Origin: an uncultured Nitrososphaerales archaeon
GTDB lineage: Archaea > Thermoproteota > Nitrososphaeria > Nitrososphaerales > Gagatemarchaeaceae
DNA length: 64,000 nt
Assembly (NCBI GenBank): GCA_963706445.1
Contig: OY970160.1
Span: 768,001 to 832,000, forward strand
Reading direction: 5' to 3'
Numbering within the stretch: the stretch's first letter is position 1; the number at the start of each line of letters is the position of its first letter. Below are positions 62,489 to 64,000 of the stretch, piece by piece. The notes under the pieces were generated by a model, which saw only the letters and a list, made by a program, of their open reading frames with translations, made no database searches and was not told the DNA's origin. The translations under genes were made by a program, and so were the position numbers.

Positions 62489-63961
62489 CTATGCCCCCTC
62501 CTGTTGAATCGGAAGAGGACTTCCGCATAGACCCTGTCCCAGTTCCCCCTCGTCGATCCCGTACAACCTTAGCAGCGTCGGGGCGATGTCCGCGATCTTC
62601 GCTCCCTTCAACTCCCTTCCACCTAGGTCGGCCTTGGGGTCAGACATAAGAAATATTCCCTTCATAGAATGGACCGAGTCATCGGGCCCGGTGTCGTTCT
62701 CGAAGAGGTAGTTCGAATCGTGCCCGACCGTGCCAGCTGACCTCCAATTGAGGTCGTCGAAGTAGACCATCAGGTCTGGTTTGTCCCCGATGGCTGTTCC
62801 ATAGAGTTGGGTAGGCTCTAGCACGGAGTTCTTCATCACCTTCCCCTTGTCGTCTTTGATTTGAAGAATCCGTCGCTTCAATTCCATCTTCTCTGCTTCG
62901 AAGTCCATTGGCTCGACTACCCCGCTTGGTTCCCGGCCCTTGACGTTGAAGAATATCCTTGCGTAATATCCGCCCCACCCCCAGGCTCTCGTCTTCTCCC
63001 AGTCAACCTGTGCCTTCTCTATGTCTGACCCCTTCATGGGCGGGAACTTGAACTTCAGGTACCCCTGCTCCACCAGCCACTGGTTCACACAGAATGCCCC
63101 CTGCATTCCCTTTGATCCGTGGTCTGAAAGGATGAATGTGAGACAATCCTCGCCAAAGATCTCGATCAACCTGCCAATCCTTTCGTCGACCATCTGGTAG
63201 TACTCCCTGTCTATCTGTTCGTACTGGGTCCCTTTCACATACTTGGGGTGAGTTGGATCGAAGAACTTCCAGAACGCGTGGTGGAGCCGGTCGAAGCCTA
63301 TTTCATGCATCATGAAGAAGTCCCAAGGTCTTGTCTTTGCAAGATGCTCTGCGACATCGAAGCGCCTGCGGGTCATGTCGAAAAGCTGGGTCTTCAGTGT
63401 GTCTCGATTGTCTGTCCTGAAGGTGACGTCGAACACATAGTTCCCGCCACTCGCAGCCAGAACCTCAGTTTTCAGCTCAGGAGGAGATGTGAACTCTCTG
63501 TCCGGGCTCGGAGTGAGAAAGCACGAAACCCCCTCGACGCCGGGGATTGCCCTTGGAGGATACGAAGGAGGGACGCCCAGTACGACGCTCTTCATCCCGT
63601 GAGACCCAAGGATCTCCCAGACCGTCTTCTCCTTCACCGAGGTTGAGTTTACGATGTATCCATCTGAGTAGGCGTTCCCCCTTCTGTGCCTGAACCCATA
63701 GATTCCAAGTCGGCCCGGATTTTTGCCTGTCATCATCACCATCCACGCAGGTATGGTAATAGGGGGGTCACACGTTTCCAGTTCCCCGTGCAGGCCCTTT
63801 TCGTAAAGGCGCCGAATGTTGGGGAGTTTGTCCAGCAGCTTCGAGAACATCATTTCTGGTGGAACGGAATCGAGTCCAATTACGGCAACTTTTCGTTTCA
63901 AGTCAGAGACACCATCGGCGCCGATGAAATACGGGGCATCCTCGAAGAAGTTTTTGACCAT
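62489..63961 (-). CDS. Alkaline-phosphatase-superfamily (nucleotide pyrophosphatase-like) hydrolase
   Basis: VIGLD, PPITIPAW...TGKNPG, DRLHH, SDHG, terminal H...G.F...IADIAPT. Confidence 0.88.
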   Translation of the reverse strand: MVKNFFEDAPYFIGADGVSDLKRKVAVIGLDSVPPEMMFSKLLDKLPNIRRLYEKGLHGELETCDPPITIPAWMVMMTGKNPGRLGIYGFRHRRGNAYSDGYIVNSTSVKEKTVWEILGSHGMKSVVLGVPPSYPPRAIPGVEGVSCFLTPSPDREFTSPPELKTEVLAASGGNYVFDVTFRTDNRDTLKTQLFDMTRRRFDVAEHLAKTRPWDFFMMHEIGFDRLHHAFWKFFDPTHPKYVKGTQYEQIDREYYQMVDERIGRLIEIFGEDCLTFILSDHGSKGMQGAFCVNQWLVEQGYLKFKFPPMKGSDIEKAQVDWEKTRAWGWGGYYARIFFNVKGREPSGVVEPMDFEAEKMELKRRILQIKDDKGKVMKNSVLEPTQLYGTAIGDKPDLMVYFDDLNWRSAGTVGHDSNYLFENDTGPDDSVHSMKGIFLMSDPKADLGGRELKGAKIADIAPTLLRLYGIDEGELGQGLCGSPLPIQQEGA

Positions 63962-64000
63962 GGTATTTCTGTATTTTCGATTCTTTCACAGAGTATTCGG

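Overview
Archaeal DNA, most likely a non-ammonia-oxidising Nitrososphaerota (Thaumarchaeota) lineage. This is an inference from a VPEFP (PEF/PEFG-CTERM) sorting signal, an archaeal-type TatA, a class III signal peptide, TATA-box promoters and DUF5679/KaiC-type genes. About 1-51 kb is an accessory mosaic of 1-6 kb gene modules: secreted and surface proteins, two phosphoesterases, TPR signalling proteins, a VapBC pair, a decayed virus- or plasmid-like ATPase region, a nickel/Tat/DUF4331 cluster, a DsrE-TusA-SQR-ArsR sulfur operon and many gene remnants. The modules are separated by short dispersed repeats. The main one is a 40-bp site (consensus TGGGGCGCCTACCTGAACTGACAAATCCCGGCCAGGGCGC) with at least 8 near-full copies. 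Its left half varies like the last codons and stop of a gene (W/G-G-A-Y-L-N-stop), and its right half resembles a tRNA 3' end. This suggests a tandem cassette-accretion (att-site) array, although no integrase is present in the window. A second notable signal is a four-promoter regulon: a tandem GATTTGGGCATA-type motif ends 33-35 nt before the start codon of four genes in the wHTH / DUF1059 / Tat protein / DUF4331 / NiCoT / TatA module. From about 51.5 kb the sequence becomes compact and core-like (small Zn-binding proteins, Lrp, PRC-barrel, glycosyltransferase, cysC, AP-superfamily hydrolase). I found no complete tRNA, rRNA, CRISPR array, transposase or integrase. All family assignments are by eye from motifs; no searches were run.
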